Positions 48,206 to 58,571 are shown, counted from the stretch's first letter. The stretch is DNA of 60,875 nucleotides from Candidatus Omnitrophota bacterium (GCA_043808175.1 JAZDFE010000030.1:1-60875), one strand, 5' to 3'. Notes: generated from the letters alone by a model not told the origin. Translations and numbers: made by a program.

Positions 48206-48517
48206 CTAGACCTTTTTCATCCCTTCGCAGTAATTTTGACTTCTTTCTGTTTTCCAGCTCAAGGGAAAATCGCGGCACGGTGCGGGTCTCGCTGCATAGA
48301 CGGTACAACCGCTGGCCCCAAGAAAAAGGCACGTTTCATCCGGATTTTTTTTGAGCGCGAGTTGTTTCCGGTCCATGAGAAGACAATACGTTCCCGTGAA
48401 TTGGTAAATGTCCATCTCGAGACACGCGGCAAGGCGCTCGGTATCTTCTTCTTTGAGATAGACAAACCCGGATTGCCTGCAACAGGCGCTGCAACGCTGA
48501 CATTGGAAGGCGGTCAT
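48206..48517 (-). CDS. YkgJ family cysteine-cluster protein
   Basis: CQRCSACC, CLFL, CTVYAARPAPCRDFP. Confidence 0.9.
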   Translation of the reverse strand: MTAFQCQRCSACCRQSGFVYLKEEDTERLAACLEMDIYQFTGTYCLLMDRKQLALKKNPDETCLFLGASGCTVYAARPAPCRDFPLSWKTERSQNYCEGMKKV

Positions 48518-48526
48518 AAGAAAAGA

Positions 48527-48583
48527 AGGAAGGAGGATAGAGGGCGGAGGATGGCGCTGAACTGCTCCATCCTCCATCCATTA
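48527..48583. repeat. Heptamer-based palindrome
   Basis: Reverse strand begins atggatggaggatggagc, 18 nt identical to the copy at 23551. Confidence 0.7.
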
Positions 48584-48597
48584 TCCTGTTTTCAGGA

Positions 48598-48939
48598 TTA
48601 TTTTCCGAGTTGCTGTTCGACGAAATCACCGACCACGGGCAATTTGTAACGCTCGCCTTTATAGGCCTTCACCATCAGAATGATCCAGAGCACGACGCTC
48701 AAGGGCCAAAGAAGCAGATTGGCAAGAAACCCCAGGACCGGAATAAACCCGACCACTAAGGTGATGATGAAAAGTCCGAGGAACGTCACAAGCGACTGCA
48801 TTGCGTGAAAACGCACGAAAGCGTTCTTCTGCTCAAGCAGCAGAAAAACAAGCCCCGTCACCCATCCCAGCGCATAACAAAGAAGCCCTTCGAGATTCTC
48901 CGTCACGCCCAAAACAGTATTCTTATTTTCGTCTGCCAT
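48598..48939 (-). CDS. DUF4870 family membrane protein
   Basis: LLCYALGWVTG, FVRFHAMQS, YKLPVVG. Confidence 0.9.
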   Translation of the reverse strand: MADENKNTVLGVTENLEGLLCYALGWVTGLVFLLLEQKNAFVRFHAMQSLVTFLGLFIITLVVGFIPVLGFLANLLLWPLSVVLWIILMVKAYKGERYKLPVVGDFVEQQLGK

Positions 48940-49152
48940 CTGGAACCCCCTTATTTTTAAAAAGTTCTTCGCGGGATATTGTACCGCACTTCCGAGAAAA
49001 AATGATACCCTTCTTTCTCCGGCAAGATTAAAATAAGCCCTGTTCCACCGACAACGTTTTATATCCGTTGTAAAATATCAGATTTGCATATCACGCACCG
49101 GACGTAGAAAGGGTGGCCGCTTGCCCCCTTCATTCTAAAAAAGGAGACAGCT

Positions 49153-49548
49153 ATGCCTACCGTTTTCACCAAGATCCTCGCGGGAGAGATCCCCGCCCAC
49201 AAGATTCTCGAAAACAACGAATATCTCGCATTCCTTGATATCCGCCCCGTAAATCCAGGCCACACGCTCGTTATTCCGAAGCAGGAGATCGATTACATCT
49301 TTGATATTGAGGATGAACTTTTGAAGGGGCTCGTCGTCTTCGCTAAAAAGGTCGCCAAGGCCCTCGGCAAGACCATCCCCTGCAAGAAGGTCGGCGTGAT
49401 GGTCGCAGGACTGGAAGTCCCCCATGCCCACATCCATCTGATCCCGATCATTGAAAATCTTACCGAGCTCAATTTCGCGCGCGCAAAAGCCATGCCGCAG
49501 GAAGAACTCGCCGTGATTGCTGCAAAGATTCGGGCGAACCTAAAGTAG
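49153..49548 (+). CDS. HIT family hydrolase
   Basis: AFLDIRP, GHTLVIPK, HAHIHL. Confidence 0.95.
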   Translation: MPTVFTKILAGEIPAHKILENNEYLAFLDIRPVNPGHTLVIPKQEIDYIFDIEDELLKGLVVFAKKVAKALGKTIPCKKVGVMVAGLEVPHAHIHLIPIIENLTELNFARAKAMPQEELAVIAAKIRANLK

Positions 49549-49550
49549 GT

Positions 49551-50147
49551 TCAGACGGTTTTCTGGAAAGCCGAAAGGAGTTCGCTGTAGGTGTTCGTGA
49601 CCGGAAATCTCGGAAATTGGCGAACGATTTTCTCAGGGGGACGAAAAAGTATCCCATGGTCGGCGGTCCGGAGCATGGCGATGTCATTATAGGAATCCCC
49701 CGCGGCGGCGACCCTAAATCCGAGGCTTTGGATCCCTCGGACAGCTTCTTTCTTGCCATTTTTTTGGCGTAAATAGTAATTCGCAATAAAACCTCTTGCG
49801 TCCGTCGAAAGCCAATTGCAAAAAAGGGTCGGGTATCCCAGCTTTTTCATCATCGGTCCGGCGAACTCGTAATAAGTGTCGGAAAGAATGATGACCTGAT
49901 ACTTTTCTTGAAGTTTTCGCAGGAATTCTTTCGCTCCCGGGAGCGGATTCATACGCTTGATCACAGCTTGGATATCGCAAAGCTTGATCCCTTCACGTTT
50001 TAGGATCGCAAGCCGGTAGCGCATGAGCTTATCGTAGTCAGGTTCATCGCGCGTGGTGATCGCGAGCGCTTTGATGCCGGTCTTCTTCGCCACATTGATC
50101 CATATCTCCGGGATCAATACACCTTCCAGATCTAAACAGCAAATCAT
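49551..50147 (-). CDS. thrH: Phosphoserine phosphatase/homoserine phosphotransferase
   Basis: CLDLEGVLIPEIW, LSDT, GDSYND. Confidence 0.93.
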   Translation of the reverse strand: MICCLDLEGVLIPEIWINVAKKTGIKALAITTRDEPDYDKLMRYRLAILKREGIKLCDIQAVIKRMNPLPGAKEFLRKLQEKYQVIILSDTYYEFAGPMMKKLGYPTLFCNWLSTDARGFIANYYLRQKNGKKEAVRGIQSLGFRVAAAGDSYNDIAMLRTADHGILFRPPEKIVRQFPRFPVTNTYSELLSAFQKTV

Positions 50148-50262
50148 TTTTGTCCCCCATTTTTGTTGAGGGGTGGATTATATCCGAACGCGGAATCTTT
50201 GAGAAATAATCTTTTGTTGCATCTCACTTCAAACGATTAGCAATCCCAATGCGAGAAACACG

Positions 50263-51084
50263 CTACGCAAAATGATTCACGGGGCCCATGCCATGCCCGA
50301 GGTCGGGACTTGTGCGGATGGCGCGCGTGATGAACTTTTTGGCGGTCGTGATCGCAGAAAAAAGGTCCTTTCCCTTGGCAAGCTCGGCGGTAATGGCAGC
50401 GGAATACGTGCAGCCGGTCCCATGCGTATGCCGCGTCCTGATCCGAGGAGCTTTGAATATGTGGACCAGACCTTGTTGCCACAAAAGATCCATGGCTTCC
50501 CCTTGAAGATGGCCGCCCTTGACAAGCACTGCTTGAGGACCGAACCCGGCGATAATTCGCGCGGCTTTTTCCATGGACTTCGGATCACGAACCTTGATCC
50601 CGCTCAAAACTCCGGCTTCATCAAGGTTGGGCGTGACCAAAGCGGCGAAAGGCATTAGTTCTTTGATAAAAGCATGAACGGCGCTTCGCCTGAAAAGCGG
50701 CACACCGTGCTTGCTCACCATGACCGGATCCACCACGAGAGGGAACCGGAATTTCCTGGCCGCCCTTGCGACCGCCCGGAGAACCTTTTCATCCCCCAGT
50801 GCTCCTGTCTTGGCCGCTTGAGGCGGGATGTCCGCAAGTACGGCTTCGAGTTGTCGGATCACCTGGGTGGGTTTCATGACGTAAACAGCCTGGATACCGC
50901 GTGTGTTCTGAGCTGTGAGAAGCGTGATTACCGCCATCCCATAGACCTTATGCTGATGGAAGGTCTTGAGATCGGCCTGAATGCCCGCCCCGCCCGAAGG
51001 ATCGGAACCGGCGATGGAAAGCGCTCGCGGGATCCCTTGTGGTGCGTTCATTTTATCTCTGGGGAATCGCGATGCGGTAGACAT
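50263..51084 (-). CDS. thiD: HMP/HMP-P kinase
   Basis: IAGSDPSGGAGIQADLK, VDPVM, KGGH, HGTGCT; start may be 51051. Confidence 0.95.
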   Translation of the reverse strand: MSTASRFPRDKMNAPQGIPRALSIAGSDPSGGAGIQADLKTFHQHKVYGMAVITLLTAQNTRGIQAVYVMKPTQVIRQLEAVLADIPPQAAKTGALGDEKVLRAVARAARKFRFPLVVDPVMVSKHGVPLFRRSAVHAFIKELMPFAALVTPNLDEAGVLSGIKVRDPKSMEKAARIIAGFGPQAVLVKGGHLQGEAMDLLWQQGLVHIFKAPRIRTRHTHGTGCTYSAAITAELAKGKDLFSAITTAKKFITRAIRTSPDLGHGMGPVNHFA

Positions 51085-51118
51085 TCTCGATGGAAGTCAT
51101 CAATTCCATGGGAATGCT

Positions 51119-51619
51119 CTACCCGAGGACTTGTTTGAAAAACTCGACGAACATTTCGGGTGTAACACCGGTCGAAAATTGTACGACTTCGCCAGGCTGG
51201 GGCGGGTGAAGGAAAAAAGACGGAAATCCGCGAATCCTGTATTGAAACGCGATATCATCCTCGCGCTTCTCGGATTCAGGATTGATATTGACCTTGATCT
51301 TGTCCTTCAACATATCCCTGACAAGGGGTGACGACAACACCCCTTTTTCGAACTTACGACAATATGGGCACCAACCGACGCTCATATAAACGACCATCGG
51401 TTTATTGGTCCGCTTGTATTCTTCGACCGCCTGATCGTACCCGGAAGCACCCTGATACCAACCCTCGGACCACTGGCCCGTAGCCGGGGCCCCGACGGGC
51501 GTTGAAACGGATGGCACATACGATGCCTGAGGGTCCTCGGCGTAGCATCCCGGCCCCATGAGTAAAAAAGATGACAAAAAAAGTGGAACGATTTTTCTAG
51601 AATTCACAAAGCCTCCCAA
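51119..51619 (-). CDS. Exported thioredoxin-family protein
   Basis: Signal-like N-terminus, WCPYC, GFP. Confidence 0.85.
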   Translation of the reverse strand: MGGFVNSRKIVPLFLSSFLLMGPGCYAEDPQASYVPSVSTPVGAPATGQWSEGWYQGASGYDQAVEEYKRTNKPMVVYMSVGWCPYCRKFEKGVLSSPLVRDMLKDKIKVNINPESEKREDDIAFQYRIRGFPSFFLHPPQPGEVVQFSTGVTPEMFVEFFKQVLG

Positions 51620-51672
51620 ATCATTTTTTGTATTTTAACATGGAGTCTTTCGGAAAAGACGTTTCTTTTCAA

Positions 51673-51750
51673 GTCCCAACCCACTCACCCATTCAAGCAA
51701 GATTGGGACGGCATGTAAACCCCCTTAAAATTAAAAGCACTGCGGTGTCG
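51673..51750. repeat. Degenerate two-hairpin element
   Basis: gtcccaa/ttgggac, then loop aaacccccttaaaattaaaa like the module at 25990. Confidence 0.55.
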
Positions 51751-51776
51751 GAATCTCCGAACCTTGGGCAAACTTC

Positions 51777-52226
51777 CTACATCGCTTGAACTGACTTCAT
51801 GAGCCGTTCCAGGAATGAAGCCGCGAACGTCATGGCCGCGATCGATAAGAGCGCAATCCCGATGACGACGATGGTCCAGACAGTCTTCGCTAGGGGTGAA
51901 AACTTCCGGCTCTGCCATAGGAGAGGGATGGCAAAGGGACCGACCATGAGGAGCATAACGATCACGTAAGGAATAGTATCTCCTGCAAAAGTCCGCGGAC
52001 GGCCTGAAGCAGTCCGAAAAGCGTCCAAAGCCGCAGGGATCATCACCGCCAGATAGATTCCCCCCATCAAAAAGCAGGACACCGCGGTGTGGCTCACGAT
52101 CAGACTCACCACCACCCCGGCCCCCATACATAAAAGCGTCCACCCTTTGGCGCGCTCCCCGAGATAAATCTGACCGAGACCTGGCGCGATCACGGAATAC
52201 AATAGAGCGAGACGGGGATCTTTCAT
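51777..52226 (-). CDS. Membrane protein (PGLGQ motif)
   Basis: APGLGQIYLG; 4-5 TM helices. Confidence 0.75.
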   Translation of the reverse strand: MKDPRLALLYSVIAPGLGQIYLGERAKGWTLLCMGAGVVVSLIVSHTAVSCFLMGGIYLAVMIPAALDAFRTASGRPRTFAGDTIPYVIVMLLMVGPFAIPLLWQSRKFSPLAKTVWTIVVIGIALLSIAAMTFAASFLERLMKSVQAM

Positions 52227-53254
52227 GCGTGGACTTGAGTCCCGGGGGGTGTTATTTTCTTTTCAAGGAATTTACCGCGCCGCTCGATCTGGAACATTTG
52301 TATTTCTCCATCTTTTTGGGCCAGGATCGCACGGTAATAGTTCTCCCATCTGTCGAGCAGGAAGTTGTTCTGTTTGAGCAGGATATCTCCCGGTAAAAAT
52401 CCTTCCCGCTCCGCAGGAGAACCGGCGCGTACATCTGAGATCTTAAATCGGAGGGTTTTAGGATCACGCTCAACACGGAATCCAAGATGCGGCGCATCGG
52501 AATTCAGGAAGAAAATTCTGACAGGCAGTTCCAGCTCCCCTTCCTTTCGGAGGATCATGAATTTCTTGAGGGATTCGCCGGGGATATTCAAAAAGAACCC
52601 GAAAAGATTCCCGGGCGTTACTTCCTGACCTGAGATCTTCAGGAGAACATCCCCATTACGAAGTCCCTCCTCATAGGCGAGCGTTGAAGGATCGGCTCCT
52701 GCAATGAAATAATGCGCCGTCTTGTCATCATAGTGAAGATCGCAACCCAGGATCACGCTTTTGATGGCTGGAAATTTTTTTGCCACAAGCCGCTCATTGA
52801 TATCCCTGCCCAAAAACCCCTCGAATACTCCCCGGGACCCGTCGCGCGCCCGGAACCCCTTCGAAGAAAGTCCCTTTTTTCTCTTGAAATAGGCCTTGAT
52901 CCCAACAACCGTCATGGTCGAATCTTTTTCCACGATACCGATCTCAAGCGCGCAAAACCCGCTTGAGGACAAGGTCGGGGCTTTGGCCCATTCTTTATAT
53001 TCTTTTTTATATAAGGGAAATGTTGCGGATTGGATATAGCCCCGGGCCTTGTCGACCGTGGCGAGCGGGATCTTCTCGGCCTCCAGCGTCGCGAGCGTGG
53101 CATTCCAGACTTCTTCAAAATTTCCCGGCAACGGAAACGAGCGGCCTTCGGACTTCGAGGAAGAGAGGGAAAATCCAGAAAAAAAAAGGCATAAAAAAAG
53201 CAGGCCGCAAAGTTCCCACGGCCTGCCTTTTTTAAAAGAAAGAACGGATCCCAA
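52223..53254 (-). CDS. Exported protein with two PDZ domains
   Basis: EGLRNGDVLLKI and GSPAEREGFLPGDIL. Confidence 0.8.
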   Translation of the reverse strand: MGSVLSFKKGRPWELCGLLFLCLFFSGFSLSSSKSEGRSFPLPGNFEEVWNATLATLEAEKIPLATVDKARGYIQSATFPLYKKEYKEWAKAPTLSSSGFCALEIGIVEKDSTMTVVGIKAYFKRKKGLSSKGFRARDGSRGVFEGFLGRDINERLVAKKFPAIKSVILGCDLHYDDKTAHYFIAGADPSTLAYEEGLRNGDVLLKISGQEVTPGNLFGFFLNIPGESLKKFMILRKEGELELPVRIFFLNSDAPHLGFRVERDPKTLRFKISDVRAGSPAEREGFLPGDILLKQNNFLLDRWENYYRAILAQKDGEIQMFQIERRGKFLEKKITPPGTQVHA

Positions 53255-53258
53255 AGAA

Positions 53259-53636
53259 TTAACGCTCGAGCTTTTCGCCCTTCATCGCCACTTCAGGACC
53301 TACCGGGACCTTAAAATAAGCGTCCGAAGCGCTCCAGATGTGGTTGAACATCAGGATTCCGATACCCACCCAGATTACGGGATAACCGATAAGCGTCCCA
53401 AGAAGGATCGTGGTCACGATGCCCCCGATCTCGAGAACGATCATGGCACCGGTCTTGAGCTTGCCGCTCTTGGTGTCCATTTCGTTGTTCAGGTATTGTC
53501 CCCAACCCGGCAGCACCAACGATGCCGCACCGTGGGTCAGGCTCTTGTCTGCATTTTTTTCTTCGGCACAAGCCACGCCGCTTACAGCCATGAACACGGC
53601 CACGGCCACCGTCATACTGATAATCTTCTTGAACAT
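53259..53636 (-). CDS. Small membrane protein (PGWGQ motif)
   Basis: Signal peptide, SLVLPGWGQ, WSASDAY. Confidence 0.75.
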   Translation of the reverse strand: MFKKIISMTVAVAVFMAVSGVACAEEKNADKSLTHGAASLVLPGWGQYLNNEMDTKSGKLKTGAMIVLEIGGIVTTILLGTLIGYPVIWVGIGILMFNHIWSASDAYFKVPVGPEVAMKGEKLER

Positions 53637-53759
53637 AATGTCCCCCTTTGTTATTTTTTATGACGTTCCTGATTATCGACCATTCCTTGAGAAGTTTAAT
53701 TGTAAGCCCAGGCTGCGTCAAGAGTCTCTCTTAAGTTAAAAAACCGGAGCGCTGCAGAT

Positions 53760-55727
53760 TTATTTGCTCGGTGTAAGCCCGAATGTAAAACCGGTTTTCA
53801 CCTTGGCGATAAGTTCGGGAAGCACTTCCTGGTAATCACGGACTATGCCAAAATCCGCATGGCGGAAGATCGCGGCCTGCGGATCCTGGTTGATGGCGAT
53901 GATCCTGCCGGATTCTTTCATTCCCGCAAGATGCTGGATCGCCCCGGAGATCGCGACGGCAATATAGATCTTCGGACGAACGGTCTTTCCGGTTTGTCCG
54001 ACCTGACGCGCATAGGGAGCGTAACCGTTGTCTACCGCATGACGGCTCGCGCCCCAATCCGCGTTAATGCCCTGATCTTGCAGGGCCTTCGCGAGTTCCT
54101 GGATCAGTTTGAAATCGTCGTGCTCGCCGGCCGGCCGGCCCCCGGAAATAATGATATCTGCCACAAAAAGGTTATCGCCGCCTCCCGCCTCGCGTTTGAC
54201 TTCGATCACCTCCACCGTAAAATCACTGTCCTTGAAAGTGGGGGTAAATTCGCGAACGGTCCCTTTCCGACTTGTGTCTTTTGGCAATATTTTGAAAGTC
54301 CCGGCACGAGCGGTCGCCATCTGCGGACACCAGAACCCGATGATCGTCGCAAGCTTACTTTCGCCGTAAGTCGGACGGATGGACTCAAGGCATGGATACA
54401 TGATCGCTTTTTTGATACGGTGCACATATTCCCCGACCTTCAGGCTTGTGCAATCCGCCGTCACGCCGGCCTTCACACGGCTCGCGAGCCTCGGTGCAAG
54501 TTCACGGCCCGAAGTCGTTACTCCAAAAAGCGCTATTTCAGGCCGTTGATGCTCAATCCACTGTGCGATAACAGCCGCTACCGGCAGGATTCTGTATTCC
54601 TTAAGACGCGGATCGTCCACCACCACAACTTCGTCAGCACCCTGCGCGATGATCTCGGAGGCCACGCCCTTGATGTTGTATCCGGTCATAACCGCGGTCA
54701 CCTGGGTCTGGAGTTGATCCGCCAGCTTCCTTGCGGGATTCAGGATCTCAAGGGAAGAGCGCGCCGGTGTTTGTCCGTGCATTTCGATCCAGGTTAGAAT
54801 GCCCCGCGCACCGTTGCGGAAATCCACTCTCGGGAAATCCACATCCGCTTTGGCCTTTTCTCCAACCGCGCTTTTTTCATCTCCGGCCCCGGCGTCTTGT
54901 CCATGACCTCCACCGATCGTATCCTTGAGCTTTTCGATCTCGGCTACAAGAGCCTCCGCGAGGTCTTTGGGTTCATGACCGGAGATCATATTGACCGGCG
55001 GCCTGTCTTTTTGAATATCCACGACCTTCGACACAAGCGTCGGTGAGCCGCTCAGACCGACCACGCTGGCATCCGCTCCGGTTTGATCAAGCGTCCAGAC
55101 CTCTGTCTTAGTGTTCTTCGCGCGAATGGCTCCCTTGAGGGAGGGCCGGCGTGCCGGAGTCGCGGTCGGGGCGATAGAAATGAGACACGGGATAGGAACC
55201 TTGAGGACCTGGAACCCCCCTTCGATGATGCGTCGGACCTTCAGATGGTCTCCCTTGAACTCCACCTTTTCTACGAAAGTCGCTTGGGGAATACCGAGAT
55301 TCTCGGCCGTCTGAGAAGGCACATGCGCTGTATCCCCGTCGGTCGTCTGGCGTCCGGAGAAAATGATGAAAGGATCTTTACTCTCCTTGGAAAATTCGAG
55401 TTTTTTGAGAAGCGAGGCGATCGCGTAACCAGTAGCGAACGTATCCGACCCCCCAAGTTTCCTGTCCGAGAGAAGTATCGCGCGGTCATACCCCATGGCC
55501 AGGGCTTTTTTAAGCGATTGTTCAAAACTCATCGGCCCCATCGAAACTACGATCAATTCTGCATCCGGAACATACTTTTTGATCTGGAGCCCTTGCTCCA
55601 GGCCGAACGTGCAGTCCGCATTGATCGAAGATTTTGCCTTGGTGCGGTCCATCAGCCCATCGGCGCCCATCCGCATCTCGGTCGGGAGCGGTACTTGTTT
55701 CATAATGGTAATGACTTTCAGTCCCAT
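53760..55727 (-). CDS. Fused electron transfer flavoprotein beta-alpha
   Basis: KQVP, SMGP, GGSDT, GRQTTDGDT (beta); TADCT, QVGQTG, ISGAIQH (alpha). Confidence 0.9.
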   Translation of the reverse strand: MGLKVITIMKQVPLPTEMRMGADGLMDRTKAKSSINADCTFGLEQGLQIKKYVPDAELIVVSMGPMSFEQSLKKALAMGYDRAILLSDRKLGGSDTFATGYAIASLLKKLEFSKESKDPFIIFSGRQTTDGDTAHVPSQTAENLGIPQATFVEKVEFKGDHLKVRRIIEGGFQVLKVPIPCLISIAPTATPARRPSLKGAIRAKNTKTEVWTLDQTGADASVVGLSGSPTLVSKVVDIQKDRPPVNMISGHEPKDLAEALVAEIEKLKDTIGGGHGQDAGAGDEKSAVGEKAKADVDFPRVDFRNGARGILTWIEMHGQTPARSSLEILNPARKLADQLQTQVTAVMTGYNIKGVASEIIAQGADEVVVVDDPRLKEYRILPVAAVIAQWIEHQRPEIALFGVTTSGRELAPRLASRVKAGVTADCTSLKVGEYVHRIKKAIMYPCLESIRPTYGESKLATIIGFWCPQMATARAGTFKILPKDTSRKGTVREFTPTFKDSDFTVEVIEVKREAGGGDNLFVADIIISGGRPAGEHDDFKLIQELAKALQDQGINADWGASRHAVDNGYAPYARQVGQTGKTVRPKIYIAVAISGAIQHLAGMKESGRIIAINQDPQAAIFRHADFGIVRDYQEVLPELIAKVKTGFTFGLTPSK

Positions 55728-55728
55728 A

Positions 55729-57414
55729 TTATAGATTCTCGTATTCGGGACCGTCGCCCCCGTAGGGCACGGCCCATTCAATGTTCCCGAACGGATCTTT
55801 GATGTCGCAGGTCTTGCAATGCACGCAATTGGCCGGATGAAGATGAAGATCTTTTTTCCCGGTCTTCGGATCCGTCACGATCTCATAAACCTCCGCCGGG
55901 CAAAAATTTTGGCACGGCCCGCCGTATTTTGGGATACAAACGTTCCGGCAAAGTTCGAAATCCAGCACATGAAGATGGCACGGCTGCTCTTCGTCGTGCT
56001 TGGAACCGGAGAAAAAAACGTCAGTCACTTTGTCGAACGTAAGCTGTTTGTCAAAAATGAGCTCTTTCGCGAACTTCTTGCAGAATGTTTTTTTAACATC
56101 CGAAAGTTTCTTGTAACAGGCCGCGTCCTCGTGCGTCTTCATCTTCCCTGACAGCGTGACGCCGCGTCCGCCGGTCAGGATCTGCGTCGCGAAATGGAAT
56201 GCCCCCAGGATCATGCCATGCTCGAACCCCGCTCGGAAATTACGCGTGCGAGACAGGGTTTTGCGCGTGGCGCTTTTCTTGAAAAGTTCTTCGTAAAAGC
56301 TAAGTTGTTTTGCCGAAAAATCATTTTTCTTTAAAGCTTCGAATGAGGACTTTGCGGCTAGCATCCCGGACTCGATCGCGAGATGAACGCCCTTCAGGCT
56401 TGGCATGCTGAGAAATCCGGCGGAATCCCCGACGATCATGACCCCGTCATGATAAAGCTTGGGAAGCGAATAAAGGCCGCCCTCCGGGATCGTCTTAGCA
56501 CCGTAGCGCAGAAGCTTCCCCTTTTTGAGGATCTTCGCGATGAAAGGATGTTTTTTATAGACCTGAAGCACCGCGTGGGAATCGAACGTGGGATCCGTAT
56601 GATCCAGCCCTGCCGCGATCCCGACCACGACCTGACGCCCGTTCAAACCATAAATAAAACCGCCGCCAAAATGGTCGAACTCAAAAGGATAGCCAAGCGT
56701 GTGCATGATCCGTCCGGCCTCAAAGGTCCCTTCCGGAAGGTCCCAAAGCTCTTTGACGCCCGTGGAATAAACCTGCGGGTTGGCGTTCTCGCCCAACTTC
56801 AATTGGCGGTAGAGCGCTTTGGTCAGACTGCCGCGAGGCCCTTCGGCCAGGATCGTGATCTTGGCGCGGATCTCGTTACCCGCCTGGAAATTATCCATCG
56901 GATACCCGTGCTTATCCACACCGGTATCGATCGTTTTCGCCCCGATGACACGGCCGTCTTCATAGAGCATTTCGGAGACGCTGAACCCCGGATAGACTTG
57001 CACGCCTTTTTTTTCCGCGATCTCGGCCAGCCACCGTGTCATTTTCCCGAGAGAGACCACGAAATTCCCATGATTCCCCATAAAAGGAGGTGTGAAAGGA
57101 GCTTTTAAAGCGAGTTTCGGGGTTAAAAAATAAACACCTTCTTTTTTGACGGGAGATTCGAATGGAAAATCCTTGGGGTCGACTCCGGGGAGGAGCTCCT
57201 TGAGCGTAGACGGATCGATCACGGCGCCGGAAAGCGTGTGGCTCCCGATCGAACTTCCCTTTTCAAGGACCAGAATGTTCCAGGGAAGCTTGGCGCCCTC
57301 TTCTTTGGGGGCAAAGGCGGCTGCGAGATCCGCGAGATGGATGGCGGTTGCGAGGCCCGCGACACCGCCGCCCACGATCAGAATGTCTGTTTCAACTACT
57401 TCACATTTCAACAT
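55729..57414 (-). CDS. ETF-quinone oxidoreductase
   Basis: GGGVAG, HTLSGA, GVKELW, KGVHLA, CPAEVYE, NCVHCKTCDIKDP. Confidence 0.93.
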   Translation of the reverse strand: MLKCEVVETDILIVGGGVAGLATAIHLADLAAAFAPKEEGAKLPWNILVLEKGSSIGSHTLSGAVIDPSTLKELLPGVDPKDFPFESPVKKEGVYFLTPKLALKAPFTPPFMGNHGNFVVSLGKMTRWLAEIAEKKGVQVYPGFSVSEMLYEDGRVIGAKTIDTGVDKHGYPMDNFQAGNEIRAKITILAEGPRGSLTKALYRQLKLGENANPQVYSTGVKELWDLPEGTFEAGRIMHTLGYPFEFDHFGGGFIYGLNGRQVVVGIAAGLDHTDPTFDSHAVLQVYKKHPFIAKILKKGKLLRYGAKTIPEGGLYSLPKLYHDGVMIVGDSAGFLSMPSLKGVHLAIESGMLAAKSSFEALKKNDFSAKQLSFYEELFKKSATRKTLSRTRNFRAGFEHGMILGAFHFATQILTGGRGVTLSGKMKTHEDAACYKKLSDVKKTFCKKFAKELIFDKQLTFDKVTDVFFSGSKHDEEQPCHLHVLDFELCRNVCIPKYGGPCQNFCPAEVYEIVTDPKTGKKDLHLHPANCVHCKTCDIKDPFGNIEWAVPYGGDGPEYENL

Positions 57415-57532
57415 AGGAATATGAAATCTCTTGAGAGGAAATTCTAAAATTGAGGCGGTATTTTAACACAAACTTATTGGCAAAAAAGAGAAAAATTGTT
57501 TTCCGCCTCAGAGAACAGCCGCTAGCAGAAAA

Positions 57533-58567
57533 TCAGCCTTTGGCAAGAAGCTCGTTCACCTTAGCCATGACAGCGAAGGCATCAGCCACATAAAGCACAT
57601 CGGCCTTCCCCTGGGCCCAGCCGCAATTGGCGTCCGTATTGATTGCGCGGCGTTCGTTGATAAAACGCCAGCCGACCACGTGCGGTTCTTCTCCGTGACA
57701 GCAGGCGGAAAGACCTTTCGGATGACGCGGCGTGGAGCCGGTCTGCCCGACCTGGTTGAGATGACTCATAAAAGAAAGCACCGCTTCCCCCTCCGACCCC
57801 TGATCCACGAGCGATTTGCTGCTCCCGAGCGACGCCTTGGCGTACTTCAAGAAATCGAGAATGTTTTTTTCGGCTTCCTTGGCATGAATCTGACCATCCG
57901 CCTGTTTCTTGGTCCATCCGGCGCCCGCGACAAGCAACACCTTGGCATCCGGACGAATGGTCTGTGCGTCTGCGAAAGGCGCTTCAATACCCGTCACTTT
58001 TGTGCGCCTTTCCTTATCGGTCACCGCCACCGCGATCGCTTCCACTTTCGCCGCACCTTTGGCCCCCTGCCAGATCGGAAACACTCCGGAATCCACGGCA
58101 AGGATCCATGGCCGCGCCGCCCTCGTCAAAGTCGCTATCATACGCTGACGATAATACCAGCGTTGGATCTGCAAAACGCCCTTGGCTAATTGAATCCCGC
58201 TCACATGCGTGTCGATCATAGCCTTTAAACGGAACGCGACACCGGGTAGCGCTCTTGAAAAACGGGAAGTCGCCGGAGCAATGATGATCGTTGCCCCCGA
58301 AGCGATCCCGATGGCTTCCGCAGCTTTCACATCCGTCGCATAACGCGAAACTCCGAAATCGGTGCCGCTTACGCCGAGCATTTTCGCGGCACCGCACACA
58401 GCGATCGAATCCGCGACCGCCTGGACATTTTCCCCGACAAGGCCGACCGTAAGCGTTGAACCTGCGAGACCTTTTTGGATCTCAAGCGCCGCGCTTAGTG
58501 TTTCGAGTGCGACCTTCGGGAGAAGGCCGTTTGTATCCGTATGAGCTAAAAAAAGTATTTTTTCCAT
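57533..58567 (-). CDS. etfA: Divergent ETF alpha subunit
   Basis: QVGQTG retained; VAGAG; ADVLYVAD. Confidence 0.8.
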   Translation of the reverse strand: MEKILFLAHTDTNGLLPKVALETLSAALEIQKGLAGSTLTVGLVGENVQAVADSIAVCGAAKMLGVSGTDFGVSRYATDVKAAEAIGIASGATIIIAPATSRFSRALPGVAFRLKAMIDTHVSGIQLAKGVLQIQRWYYRQRMIATLTRAARPWILAVDSGVFPIWQGAKGAAKVEAIAVAVTDKERRTKVTGIEAPFADAQTIRPDAKVLLVAGAGWTKKQADGQIHAKEAEKNILDFLKYAKASLGSSKSLVDQGSEGEAVLSFMSHLNQVGQTGSTPRHPKGLSACCHGEEPHVVGWRFINERRAINTDANCGWAQGKADVLYVADAFAVMAKVNELLAKG

Positions 58568-58571
58568 GGGA

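Noticed and set aside
67-51750. Palindromic repeats read as CRISPR repeats or integron attC sites
   Set aside because: Dispersed, no regular repeat-spacer period, no cas or intI gene, and they do not flank single-gene cassettes
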